Shown: positions 27,358 through 36,811 of the stretch, one piece after another
How the letters are laid out: the number at the start of each line of letters is the position of its first letter
Position numbering within the stretch: position 1 is the stretch's first letter
From: Pseudomonadota bacterium
Lineage (GTDB): Bacteria; Desulfobacterota; Desulfobacteria; Desulfobacterales; JBDRRP01
Direction: 5' to 3'
Assembly: GCA_043825735.1 (NCBI GenBank)
Contig: JBDRRP010000048.1
Coordinates: 1 to 43,009, forward strand
DNA length: 43,009 nucleotides
Notes under the pieces: generated by a model
What the model was told of the DNA's origin: nothing
Seen by the model: the letters and a program-made list of their open reading frames with translations, nothing else
Databases searched by the model: none
Translations under genes and position numbers: made by a program

Positions 27358-28344
27358 TTACGGCATCAGTTTCGACGGCACCTCAACGCCCTTTTCCTTC
27401 AGGTATTTGATCGTGCCCGGATGCAGCGGAATGGGCGAGTACTTTACGGCGTTTTCCGGTGTGGTGTAAGCCGCCGACGGGTGGATTTTCATCAGGTAGT
27501 CCTGGTGCTCGTAGAGGGCTTTGACGAGCTGGTAGACCATATCCGTGTCCAGGGAACCCTGGCAGATCATGACGTTCCACACGCCCACGGTGGGTACGGG
27601 CTGATCTACACCGCGGTAGACACCGCCGGCCAGGTCCACGGCCGCATAAGTGTCGTTGGCGGCAAGGATTTTTTGCATTTGTTCGTCGGTGAAGCCGATC
27701 ATCCGGATGTCGTGGGTCGTGGCCAGGTCCAGGATGGAGCTGGTGCCCGGCCCTACTGACCAGACGCCCACCGAAATGGTGCCGTCGCGCAGGGCGTTGG
27801 CGCTCTCGGTGAAGGACAGGCGGCTGTCCTTGTAGGCATCTTTGTCGATATCCAGGGCCTTCAGGACGGCCTCGGCCATGAAGTTGGTGCCGCTGCCGGG
27901 GCTGCCGGTGCTGATGCTCTGACCCACCACCTGCGCCATGTCGGTGATCCCGCTGTCTTTGAGCGTCACCACCTGCAGCAGGTTGGGGTACATGATGGCC
28001 ATGCCCAGGATGTCGTGCTTTTTGCCCTGGAACTTGCTGGTACCCTCAAAGCCGGCGACGGCCACATCACCCATGACCTCGCCGACCACGGTTTCGCCCT
28101 TGTGGGCCAGCTTGACATTTTCCACGCTGGCGCCGGTCACCTCGGCCACGGCCTTGACGCCCTTGACATACTTGCTCCAGATCTCGGCAACGCCCCCGCC
28201 ATAGGGGTAGTAGATGCCGCCGGTACCGCCGGTGCCGATGGAAATAAACGTCGTTTTGGCGGCGGCCGGGGTGCTCAGGCACACCAGTCCCGTCAGGATG
28301 ACCAGCAGCAGCATTGTCCGGGTAAAACGGCTATATTTTTTCAT
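27358..28344 (-). CDS. TAXI-family TRAP solute-binding protein
   Basis: Signal peptide; IGTGGTGGIYYPYG, TGASVEN, GSPGSGT, IPLHPG. Confidence 0.93.
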   Translation of the reverse strand: MKKYSRFTRTMLLLVILTGLVCLSTPAAAKTTFISIGTGGTGGIYYPYGGGVAEIWSKYVKGVKAVAEVTGASVENVKLAHKGETVVGEVMGDVAVAGFEGTSKFQGKKHDILGMAIMYPNLLQVVTLKDSGITDMAQVVGQSISTGSPGSGTNFMAEAVLKALDIDKDAYKDSRLSFTESANALRDGTISVGVWSVGPGTSSILDLATTHDIRMIGFTDEQMQKILAANDTYAAVDLAGGVYRGVDQPVPTVGVWNVMICQGSLDTDMVYQLVKALYEHQDYLMKIHPSAAYTTPENAVKYSPIPLHPGTIKYLKEKGVEVPSKLMP

Positions 28345-28372
28345 GCGCTCCTCCTTATCCTCTGCAGGCGTT

Positions 28373-28807
28373 TTACTCGCTCATTGTTTTTACGAAAACG
28401 ATCATGTGCTTGGACATGGTATCCGTCTTCACGAAGGGCAGTTTCACCGGAGCCGACTCGCCGGGAGCCAGGACCGGAGGTTTGCCCTTGGTCGGCACCA
28501 AAGCGCCGTAAGCTTTGTCCATGTCGTCCAGGAAGACCTGCGCCTTGAAGCGCTGCGGTTTGTCGCTGATGTTTTTCACATCCATGGTGACGATGAGTGC
28601 GGGATCGCCTTCATACTTTCCCGGTTGGCAGTCGAAATTGCTGATCTCCGCCTCCGGGGCCACTTCCCACTGAATCTTTTTGGTCGCGCACTGAACGCTC
28701 TGGACATTGGCCGGTTTGGGATAGGACGCACAGCCGCCGGCCACCAGTGCGACGGCGGCGATGGCGAGCAGGAGCGTTCCGAGTCCCTTATACGATTGCC
28801 GATTCAT
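28373..28807 (-). CDS. Hypothetical lipoprotein (Ig-like C-terminus)
   Basis: Lipobox VAGGC; AAGGAGG RBS; first gene of the operon. Confidence 0.75.
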   Translation of the reverse strand: MNRQSYKGLGTLLLAIAAVALVAGGCASYPKPANVQSVQCATKKIQWEVAPEAEISNFDCQPGKYEGDPALIVTMDVKNISDKPQRFKAQVFLDDMDKAYGALVPTKGKPPVLAPGESAPVKLPFVKTDTMSKHMIVFVKTMSE

Positions 28808-28847
28808 GGTCCCCCTCCTTGATTAAAGTTGCTGCAGTGACGAGAGT

Positions 28848-28979
28848 TGACGAACACGTAAAAAAACAATTTTCTCGCAAAGACGCCACGTGCGCCAAGA
28901 AAAAATATTTAATATCAATTAGTTAGTTTTGCGATCTCTGCGGCTTTGCGAGAGATTCTGACTTTTTACGACTGTATCA
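28848..28979. repeat. Composite element: CGTAAAAA/TTTTTACG outer IR enclosing a CGCAAAG-type palindrome
   Basis: TGACGAACACGTAAAAA...TCTCGCAAAG (28873)...CTTTGCGAGA (28953)...GACTTTTTACGACTGTATCA. Confidence 0.8.
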
Positions 28980-29190
28980 TAGTTCATTTGCTAAAACACT
29001 CTGAAGAAAATCATTATGATTCCGGCACTTCCATGTCAAGCGCTTTACCGTGGCATTGACACCGATGCGGCGGCGGATTAATGACGTTCAGGTCGCTGGC
29101 GGCCCGAGTCGTGCCCACCGGGTGCGATGGTGCAGGCCGCATCGCGCTATGGTCACCACAAAGAAAATCAACATTTCAAGAAGATTCATC

Positions 29191-29220
29191 TCTTCGTGTC
29201 CTTCGTGAACTTCGTGGTTC
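29191..29220. repeat. Right arm of CACGAAG-type element
   Basis: TCTTCGTGTCCTTCGTGAACTTCGTGGTTC. Confidence 0.8.
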
Positions 29221-29291
29221 AAATATTTTTTTGATGCGATGAACCGTCGCTCACCGCTTTGGGTGGCGCAAACGCATCTCAGGAGGGTGCC

Positions 29292-30269
29292 ATGAACACG
29301 GCAACCGACAAACGCATGGATCTGGCCGAGGCCGTTGCCGCCTTCGTGACGCCGGGATGCCATATTTCCATCGGAGGGTTCACCGTGAACCGAAACCCCA
29401 TGGCGGCGGTCTATGAAATCATCCGCCAGGGCATCGGCGAGCTGCATTTGTATGCCCACTCCAACGGACAGGGCGTGGACGAACTGGTGGGGGCCGGCTG
29501 CATCCGGCGCCTGGAGATCGCCTACGCCGGCAGCGGCCGGTTCGCCCCCACCTGCGTGCGGTTTCGCCGGGCCGTGGAGTCGGGGGCGCTGGCCGTGGAG
29601 GATTATTCCAACTATCAGATGACCCTGCGGTTCATGGCCGGGGCCATGGGGGTGCCTTTTTTGCCGACACGCTCGGGGCTCGGTACGGATATCGTCGCGC
29701 TGTGGGGGTTTCCGCCGGAAACCCGGCAGGAAGACGCCCGGCTGCCCGATCTCAAGCTGACGGTGATGGACAACCCCTTCGGCACCTGGATGGACACGGA
29801 AAAAGTGGTGCTGGTGCCGGCCATCACGCCGGATGTCACCATCATTCACGCTCAGGCCGCCGATGCGGCCGGAACGGTGCGTATCGGCGGGCTGCCGTTC
29901 GCCGATGTGGAGCAGGCAAAGGCCGCGCGCCATGTCATCGTGACGTGCGAGCGAGTGGTGGACGCTGCGGCGCTGCGGCACCAGCCCGAGGCCAACCAGA
30001 TTCCGTTTTTCTGCGTGGACGCGGTGGTGCAGATCCCCTTCGGTGCGTACCCCACGGCCTGCTACCACCATTACGACTACGATCCGGTGTATCTCAACGA
30101 TTACCGGCGCTGCGCCGCCGACGAGGATGACTACCAGGCCTACCTGGAGACCTGCATCCGCGGGACGAAGTCCCACCAGGACCTGCTGGACAGGGTGGGC
30201 AGCGCCCGGCTCGAGGCCATCCGCGCAGATGAACGGACGGGGTATGCGGTGGGACTAGACAGAAGATAA
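29292..30269 (+). CDS. CoA-transferase subunit A (glutaconate CoA-transferase-like)
   Basis: GGFT..RNPMA, AGAMGVPFLP..SGLGTD, PDVTIIHAQ, PFGAYPT; AGGAGG RBS. Confidence 0.88.
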   Translation: MNTATDKRMDLAEAVAAFVTPGCHISIGGFTVNRNPMAAVYEIIRQGIGELHLYAHSNGQGVDELVGAGCIRRLEIAYAGSGRFAPTCVRFRRAVESGALAVEDYSNYQMTLRFMAGAMGVPFLPTRSGLGTDIVALWGFPPETRQEDARLPDLKLTVMDNPFGTWMDTEKVVLVPAITPDVTIIHAQAADAAGTVRIGGLPFADVEQAKAARHVIVTCERVVDAAALRHQPEANQIPFFCVDAVVQIPFGAYPTACYHHYDYDPVYLNDYRRCAADEDDYQAYLETCIRGTKSHQDLLDRVGSARLEAIRADERTGYAVGLDRR

Positions 30270-30336
30270 CTCTTGAACACGCAACATTGAGCGTTGAGTA
30301 TCGATCATTTGCTTTGCCCTTTCGGAGACTCGACTC

Positions 30337-31113
30337 ATGGCTGACCCAATCTACACGCCACGGGAAATGATGGCCGTGGCGGCCGCGCGGGAGATCCGCG
30401 ACGGCGATATCGTCTTTTGCGGCACGGGCATTTCCATGCTCGCGGCCATGGCCGCCAAGCACATCAGCGCGCCCGAGAGCATCATCTTTTTTGAGACCGG
30501 GGCCATCGACGCCGTTTTGGAAGAGATCCCGCTGGCCGTGGCCGACCCCCGCGTCATGTACGGCGCGGCTGTCAACGGTTCCCTGGCCGATGCCTTTGCC
30601 ACCATGCAAAACCGCGTGACCGGCCGCCGCGTGGTGGGCATCCTGGGCGCTGCGCAGATCGATCCCTTCGGCAACCTCAATTCCACGGTCATTGGCGATT
30701 ACGACGCGCCCACGGTGCGTTTTTCAGGCTCCGGGGGCGCCTGTGACGTGGGCTCCTTTGTCCAGCGCACGATCATCTTCATGCAGCAGGACCGGCGAAA
30801 ATTCGTCCCTGAGCTGGACTACTTCACCTGCCCGGGATGGATCGACGGACCGGACGGCCGACGGCGCGAAGGGCTCACCGGCGGAGGGCCCTCGGCAGTC
30901 ATCACCAACATGGCGATCTTCCGATTCGATGCGGATACCCGAAGGATGTTTCTCGACGGCCTTTATCCGGGCGTGAGCGCGGCGGCTGTGACGGAAAAGA
31001 TGGGCTTTGACGTGGACACCACCCGCGCGCGGGTGGTGACGCCGCCATCGGCCGAGGAACTGCGGATTCTCCGCGAGCGCTGCGATCCGAGCCGCCTCAT
31101 CCTTGGAAATTAG
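30337..31113 (+). CDS. CoA-transferase subunit B
   Basis: GTGISM, FFETG (catalytic Glu position), GAAQIDPFGNLNST, GSGGA. Confidence 0.88.
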   Translation: MADPIYTPREMMAVAAAREIRDGDIVFCGTGISMLAAMAAKHISAPESIIFFETGAIDAVLEEIPLAVADPRVMYGAAVNGSLADAFATMQNRVTGRRVVGILGAAQIDPFGNLNSTVIGDYDAPTVRFSGSGGACDVGSFVQRTIIFMQQDRRKFVPELDYFTCPGWIDGPDGRRREGLTGGGPSAVITNMAIFRFDADTRRMFLDGLYPGVSAAAVTEKMGFDVDTTRARVVTPPSAEELRILRERCDPSRLILGN

Positions 31114-31121
31114 GGGCGATT

Positions 31122-31437
31122 TCTCGCAAAGCCGCAAAGGCCGCAAAGATAAGGCGATGATATTAAATAAAAACTGGTTTATCTACCAAAAAAAGGTTGC
31201 ACCGGGTGGCGTCCGCCACACCCCATCGGCGGACAGGCTCGTTGCAACAAGCCGCTTTGCGATACTTTTCGTGTGTTTCGTGTGTTTCGTGGTTGAAAGC
31301 AGTTACTGCGGTCAAAAGTGGAGAACGGATAGCGCTTGGTGCGCTCCCACAGCCAGAAACAGGTTCTTATCTCTTTTTCTTATACCAAAAAAGAACCATA
31401 AACCACGAAACACACGAAACACACGAAACACACGAAA
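31122..31437. repeat. Cluster of 9-nt-period arms
   Basis: TCTCGCAAAGCCGCAAAGGCCGCAAAG (31122); (TTTCGTGTG)2TTTCGTGGTT (31267-31294); AACCACGAAA(CACACGAAA)3 (31401-31437). Confidence 0.85.
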
Positions 31438-31567
31438 GAAAAATGGATAAACGATGACGGGCTGATCTACGCCCAAAAGGCGTGCACCGGGCGGCGCCAT
31501 GGCAACGGGGCCGCGCCTTAAATTCGTAGGTAATTGCGAAAAAAAATATATATCAAGGGGGGCGCTC

Positions 31568-31792
31568 ATGAAAAAACAGGTGACTGAAGTCATTGAAAAA
31601 ATCAGGCCCATGCTGCAAAAGGACGGCGGAGACGTGGAGCTGGTGGCGGTGACCGATACCGGCGTGGTGCAGGTGCGTCTTCAGGGGGCCTGCGCCGGCT
31701 GCCCCATGTCCCAGATGACACTCAAAAACGGCATCGAACGGGTCCTCAAGGAAAAGGTGCCGGGGGTTTCGTCTGTTGAAAACGTCGGGTAG
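31568..31792 (+). CDS. NifU/Nfu-domain Fe-S carrier
   Basis: [14 protein letters not shown]...[18 protein letters not shown]. Confidence 0.92.
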   Translation: MKKQVTEVIEKIRPMLQKDGGDVELVAVTDTGVVQVRLQGACAGCPMSQMTLKNGIERVLKEKVPGVSSVENVG

Positions 31793-31799
31793 TTGTTTT

Positions 31800-31954
31800 A
31801 ACCACGAAGGCCACGAAGTGCACGAAGAAAAAAAATGATACCAAACCGCAGAGATTCACAGAGAATTTATTATCAGTGATCTCTGCGTTCTCTGTGTCCT
31901 CTGCGGTGAATCAGTTTTTTACGGAACCATCATTCTTTTACCCTCCGTGGTTCA
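31800..31954. repeat. Nested 9-nt-period elements
   Basis: AACCACGAAGGCCACGAAGTGCACGAAG arm; inner ACCGCAGAG...CTCTGCGGT palindrome (31845-31907); residual CCGTGGTTCA. Confidence 0.8.
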
Positions 31955-31998
31955 TCTGCACTTTAGGTGTTCGAATTTTATTTAAGGAGATTGAATTC

Positions 31999-33180
31999 AT
32001 GACCATCGCCAAGAAAATCGAAGGCTTTATCAGCCAGTCCTCCTGGATCCGTAAGATGTTCGAGGAAGGGGCACGGCTCAGGGCCCAGCACGGGGCCGAC
32101 AAGGTATTCGACTTCAGCCTCGGCAACCCCAATCTGCCGCCGCCGGATAAGTTTTCCGAAGTGCTTCGAGATACGGTGGACTCCTGCGGGCTGGGCGATC
32201 ACTGCTATATGCCCAATACGGGCTATCCTCAGGTGTGCCGCGCCATTGCCGACTATCTCAGCGAGGAGCAGCAGGTCCCGGTGACCGAAAAGGATGTCAT
32301 CATGACCTGCGGGGCCGCAGGGGCGCTGAACGTGATTATGAAGACCCTTCTGGATCCCGGCGATGAAGTGCTGACACCGATACCGTGTTTTGTGGAATAC
32401 GGGTTTTACGCCGACAATCACGGCGGCGTACTCACCACCGCGCCCACCCATCCGGATTTCAGCCTCGATCTGGAAGCCATGGCGGCGGCCATTACGCCCC
32501 GCACGAAGGTGGTGCTCATCAACTCGCCCAACAACCCCACCGGTCAGATCTATTCCAGAAAGAGCCTGGAAGGTCTCGCCGCCGTGATGGCCGAAAAAAG
32601 TCGGTCGCTGGGGCGCATCATTTACCTGGTTTCCGACGAGCCGTATCGGAAAATCGTTTATGACGGGGCGGTGGTGCCCAGCATTTTTGCCGTCTATCCC
32701 GAGAGCATTATCGCCACCAGCTATTCCAAGGATATCTCCATCCCCGGTGAGCGTCTGGGGTTTCTGGCCGTCAATCCCAAGGCCACCCATCGCCAGCAGC
32801 TCATGGGTGGCATGGCCCTTGCTAATCGTATTCTCGGGTTCGTCAATGCACCGGCGTTGATGCAGCGGGTGGTGTCCTGCCTGCAGGGGCTCAGTGTGGA
32901 CATCTCTCTATACGACAGAAAGCGGCGCCTGCTCTGCGACGGTCTGGCCGAGGCCGGATATGAATTTGTCACCCCGCCGGGGGCGTTTTACCTGTTTGCG
33001 AAGACGCCCATCGCCGATGATGTGGCGTTCGTGAGGGCCCTCCAGGAGGAATTGATCCTGGCTGTCCCCGGCAGCGGCTTCAAGGGGCCGGGGCATTTTA
33101 GGCTGGCCTTCTGCGTGAGCGACGAGACCATCGTCAATGCACTGCCAGGGTTCAAGCGGGCGATGGCGCGCTATCGTTAG
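31999..33180 (+). CDS. PLP-dependent aminotransferase class I/II (aspartate aminotransferase-like)
   Basis: SWIRKMFEEG, DFSLGNP, NSPNNPTG, SDEPY, SYSKDISIPGERLG; AAGGAG RBS. Confidence 0.92.
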   Translation: MTIAKKIEGFISQSSWIRKMFEEGARLRAQHGADKVFDFSLGNPNLPPPDKFSEVLRDTVDSCGLGDHCYMPNTGYPQVCRAIADYLSEEQQVPVTEKDVIMTCGAAGALNVIMKTLLDPGDEVLTPIPCFVEYGFYADNHGGVLTTAPTHPDFSLDLEAMAAAITPRTKVVLINSPNNPTGQIYSRKSLEGLAAVMAEKSRSLGRIIYLVSDEPYRKIVYDGAVVPSIFAVYPESIIATSYSKDISIPGERLGFLAVNPKATHRQQLMGGMALANRILGFVNAPALMQRVVSCLQGLSVDISLYDRKRRLLCDGLAEAGYEFVTPPGAFYLFAKTPIADDVAFVRALQEELILAVPGSGFKGPGHFRLAFCVSDETIVNALPGFKRAMARYR

Positions 33181-33228
33181 CGATCATCGGCCGGTTAAAA
33201 TGGTTGCGCTGTGCTGCGCATAATGGGC

Positions 33229-33307
33229 ACCACGAAGAACACGAAGATCACGAAGGTTGAAATTCCATCAAGTCGGTTTCCTTCGTGCCCTTCGTGAACT
33301 TCGTGGT
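33229..33307. repeat. 9-nt-period palindromic element (CACGAAG type)
   Basis: ACCACGAAGAACACGAAGATCACGAAG...CTTCGTGCCCTTCGTGAACTTCGTGGT. Confidence 0.9.
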
Positions 33308-33340
33308 TCATATTGTCTTGTGGATAAGAAAGGGAATGCA

Positions 33341-33745
33341 ATGAAAGTACTGAAAATTGATCATTTGGGCATTGCGGTGAACAGCATCGATGAAGGCAAG
33401 GGGTTTTGGAGCGGCGTGCTGGGCCTTGAATTCGAAGGCGCGGAAACCGTCCAGGAACAAAAAGTGACCACGGCCTTTTTTCCGGTGGGTGACAGCGAGG
33501 TCGAGCTGCTGGAATCCACGGCTCCGGACGGGCCGGTGGCCAAGTACATCGAGAAAAAAGGACAGGGAATCCAGCATGTGGCTTTTCGGGTCGAAAACAT
33601 CGAAGCGGCCCTGGCCGAACTCAAGGAAAAAGGCGTGCGCCTCATTGACGAAACACCGCGGATCGGCGCCGGTGGCGCAAAGATCGCCTTTTTGCATCCC
33701 AAGGCCACCAACGGGGTTCTAGTGGAGCTCTGCCAGCGGGATTGA
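33341..33745 (+). CDS. mce: Methylmalonyl-CoA epimerase
   Basis: IDHLGIAV, EVELLE, GIQHVAF, FLHPKATNGVLVEL. Confidence 0.9.
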   Translation: MKVLKIDHLGIAVNSIDEGKGFWSGVLGLEFEGAETVQEQKVTTAFFPVGDSEVELLESTAPDGPVAKYIEKKGQGIQHVAFRVENIEAALAELKEKGVRLIDETPRIGAGGAKIAFLHPKATNGVLVELCQRD

Positions 33746-33768
33746 TGCGCCCTTGCCAGCGAATTTGA

Positions 33769-33870
33769 TGAACCACGAAGTACACGAAGGCCACGAAGGG
33801 AAAATGGCGATGCAACCGCATCGCCATTTTTAATGGTTTTCTTCGTGATCTTCGTGCACTTCGTGGTTCA
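33769..33870. repeat. 9-nt-period palindromic element with perfect inner hairpin
   Basis: TGAACCACGAAG arm, AAAATGGCGATGC-AACC-GCATCGCCATTTT, CTTCGTGGTTCA arm. Confidence 0.9.
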
Positions 33871-33892
33871 ATCTCCGCCCCAATCCCTTTTG

Positions 33893-33921
33893 TTGACATG
33901 CCCGGCCCCCTCGTCTATCCT
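33893..33921 (+). promoter_or_regulatory. sigma70 promoter upstream of Cache histidine kinase
   Basis: TTGACA-17 nt-TATCCT. Confidence 0.6.
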
Positions 33922-34016
33922 GCCCCTTCCATTTTTTGAACGGCATTCAGCCATTGACGGGACAATCGTGTCCGGTATCGGGGCTTTGAAGGCTGATGTC
34001 GGGAAAGGCGTGCGTT

Positions 34017-36776
34017 ATGGGGTTCAAAGGATTTTTCAGGGATTTGCGCATCCGCAACAAACTGCTGCTGGCCTATTCCACGATTTTCATCCTTTCCATC
34101 TCCATCAGCAGTTTCACCATTTATGCGTTGGTCCGCCGCAGCATCGAGACCAGTATCGAAAGCGAGTTGAAAAATACCACGGCGACGCTGCTCAACATGG
34201 TGCGCACATCGGCGGCCATCTCCATCCAGAACCATCTGCGCGCCGTGGCAGAGCGAAACCGAGAGATCGCCGCCCACTTTTACGGTCAGGTTCAGGAGGG
34301 GCGGTTGGCGCCCGAAGAGGCCAAGGCCCGCGCCCGGGAAGTCCTGCTGAGTCAAACCATCGGAAAAACGGGTTATATATATTGCCTCAACAGCAGCGGG
34401 GTTATTGACACGCATCCCAAAAAAGAACTGCTGGGGGTGGATCTGTCTCCATACGCATTTATCCAGGAGCAGAAACTGCGCAAGGAAGGGTATCTGGAGT
34501 ACGACTGGAAAAACCCCGGAGAAGCCACGAGCCGGCCCAAGGCGCTCTACATGACCTACTTTGCCCCCTGGGACTGGATTATCTCGGTGTCGTCCTATCG
34601 CTCGGAGTTCAATGAATTGATCAAGGTGGATGATTTTCGAAAGAGCATCGCGTCGATGAAATTCGGCGACACCGGGTATTCCTACGTTTTGGACAGCAAC
34701 GGCAATCTCATCGTCCACCCCATGCTCGAGGGGCGAAACTACTACGATGCCCGCGATGCCAGCGGCAAGTTTTTCATTCAGGAGATCATTGCCCGCAAAA
34801 GTGGCAAAATCGCCTATTTCTGGAAAAATCCCGGAGAGGCGGCAGCCCGGGAGAAGTTGGTCATTTTCAACTACATTCCCGAATACGACTGGATCGTTGC
34901 CTCCTCGAGCTATCTCCAGGAGTTTTACGCGCCGCTGCGCACCATTCGAAAGATTGTCCTGGCCGCCGTTCTCGTTTCGCTGCTGGTGGTGCTGCCCATT
35001 ACGATGCGCATCAGTGCGTCCATCACCAATCCGCTCATCGCGCTCATGAGCCGTTTTGCCAAAGGGGCGGAGGGGGATATCTCCGTTCGCATGGATCCGC
35101 GCTCCGGAGATGAGCTGGGCCAGTTGGCCAGATACTTCAATACGTTCATGGCGCGGCTGGAGGCTTTCAGCAAGGATCTGCAATCGGAAATCGTCGACCG
35201 GAAAAAGGCAGAGGCGGCCATCCGGGAAAGTGAGGCCAAGTACCGGGAGCTTGTCCAGAGTGCCAACAGCATCATTTTGCGGATGGATACCGAAGGACGC
35301 ATCACTTTTTTCAATGAATTCGCCCAGCGGTTTTTCGGTTACTCCGAGGCCGAGATTATAGGATGTAACGCCGTGGGCACCATCGTCCCGCCGGTGGATT
35401 CCGAAGGACGCGACCGGATGGCCAATATCGGAGAATTTGCCAAGGACCCGGAGCGGTTCCGGCACCATGAGGGCGAGAACGTGAAGCGTTCGGGGGAGCG
35501 GGTCTGGATTTCGTGGACCAATCGGGCCATTCGGGACGGGGGCGGCCGCATCATCGAGAACCTGTGCATCGGCAACGATGTGACCGAATCGCGGCGCGCC
35601 CAGCAGGAAATGACCCGGATGCGGCTTTATCTGCAGAACATCATCGACTCCATGCCCTCCATCCTGGTCGGAACAGATCCCCAGGGGCGGATCACCCTGT
35701 GGAATCGCGAAGCGGAAAAATCGGTTGGGGTGAGCCAGGAAGCGGCTCGGGGCAGGCACCTGGGCGCGCTTTTTCCGGTGCTCGCCTCACGCATGGACAT
35801 GGTGTCCAGGGCCATTGCCGAGCGGCAGGCGAGAAAGGCCGAGAAGGTGCCGCATCTTACGGCCGGCGGAACCCGATACTTTGATATCGTGGTCTATCCA
35901 CTGGTGGCGGTTGCCATCGAGGGGGCGGTCATCCGAATGGATGATGTCACCGCCCGGGTGCGTATGGAAGACATGATGGTGCAGACCGAGAAGATGATGT
36001 CTGTCGGCGGACTGGCTGCAGGCATGGCGCATGAGATCAACAACCCGTTAGGGGGCATCCTCCAGAGCGTCCAGAACATTCAGCGCCGCTTGTCGCCGGA
36101 GCTGGCCGAAAATCAGCGGATCGCTGTGACCTGCGGTACGGATCTGACGGCGGTCCAGGCCTATCTCAATGAAAGACGCATCTCGTCGTTTCTGGAAGGT
36201 ATCCGTGATTCCGGTGCGCGGGCAGCGCGTATCGTCGACAACATGCTCAATTTCAGCCGCCGCAGCGAATCGAAGAAGATCCCCATCTGCCTTACCGATC
36301 TTTTGGAAAAAACCGTCGAGTTGGCCGCACACGATTATGACCTCAAAAAGAACTACGATTTCAGAAGAATAGAGATCATTCGTGATTTTGAAGAGAATCT
36401 GCCACTGGTGCCGTGCACCCCCAACGAGATCGAGCAGGTCATTTTGAACCTGCTGCGAAATGCAGCGCAGGCCAGCAGCGATGCCCCGCGGATTACCCTT
36501 CGGTTGGGGAAAATCGGAAATTCGGCCCGGATCGAAGTGGCTGACAACGGTGTCGGCATGGACGCTGAGACGCGCAAACGGGTGTTCGAGCCCTTTTTTA
36601 CCACCAAGGACGTGGGGATCGGTACTGGGCTGGGCCTGTCGGTGTCTTACTTCATCGTCACCAACAACCACGGCGGATCCATGGGGGTGGAGTCTACGCC
36701 CGGCGAGGGCTCGCGATTCACGGTGACCCTGCCGCTGGGCGATGACATCGGCCCGGACAGGTCAGCGGTAAACTGA
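34017..36776 (+). CDS. Cache-HAMP-PAS-PAS sensor histidine kinase
   Basis: Tandem Cache repeats (Y.WKNPGE), HAMP DELGQLA, PAS domains, AHEINNPL, FFTTK, GTGLGL. Confidence 0.92.
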   Translation: MGFKGFFRDLRIRNKLLLAYSTIFILSISISSFTIYALVRRSIETSIESELKNTTATLLNMVRTSAAISIQNHLRAVAERNREIAAHFYGQVQEGRLAPEEAKARAREVLLSQTIGKTGYIYCLNSSGVIDTHPKKELLGVDLSPYAFIQEQKLRKEGYLEYDWKNPGEATSRPKALYMTYFAPWDWIISVSSYRSEFNELIKVDDFRKSIASMKFGDTGYSYVLDSNGNLIVHPMLEGRNYYDARDASGKFFIQEIIARKSGKIAYFWKNPGEAAAREKLVIFNYIPEYDWIVASSSYLQEFYAPLRTIRKIVLAAVLVSLLVVLPITMRISASITNPLIALMSRFAKGAEGDISVRMDPRSGDELGQLARYFNTFMARLEAFSKDLQSEIVDRKKAEAAIRESEAKYRELVQSANSIILRMDTEGRITFFNEFAQRFFGYSEAEIIGCNAVGTIVPPVDSEGRDRMANIGEFAKDPERFRHHEGENVKRSGERVWISWTNRAIRDGGGRIIENLCIGNDVTESRRAQQEMTRMRLYLQNIIDSMPSILVGTDPQGRITLWNREAEKSVGVSQEAARGRHLGALFPVLASRMDMVSRAIAERQARKAEKVPHLTAGGTRYFDIVVYPLVAVAIEGAVIRMDDVTARVRMEDMMVQTEKMMSVGGLAAGMAHEINNPLGGILQSVQNIQRRLSPELAENQRIAVTCGTDLTAVQAYLNERRISSFLEGIRDSGARAARIVDNMLNFSRRSESKKIPICLTDLLEKTVELAAHDYDLKKNYDFRRIEIIRDFEENLPLVPCTPNEIEQVILNLLRNAAQASSDAPRITLRLGKIGNSARIEVADNGVGMDAETRKRVFEPFFTTKDVGIGTGLGLSVSYFIVTNNHGGSMGVESTPGEGSRFTVTLPLGDDIGPDRSAVN

Positions 36777-36811
36777 GCGTTTGAGGCAGTAAAATTGGAA
36801 AACGCGTATAA

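Noticed and set aside
31401..31437. CACACGAAA tandem repeat as a mini-CRISPR or coding repeat (HETHET/RNTRNT ORFs)
   Set aside because: There are no spacers; it is an arm of the 9-nt-period element family, and the overlapping ORFs are shadows.
31568..31792. NifU as a second selenoprotein
   Set aside because: Both CxxC codons are TGC; there is no in-frame TGA.
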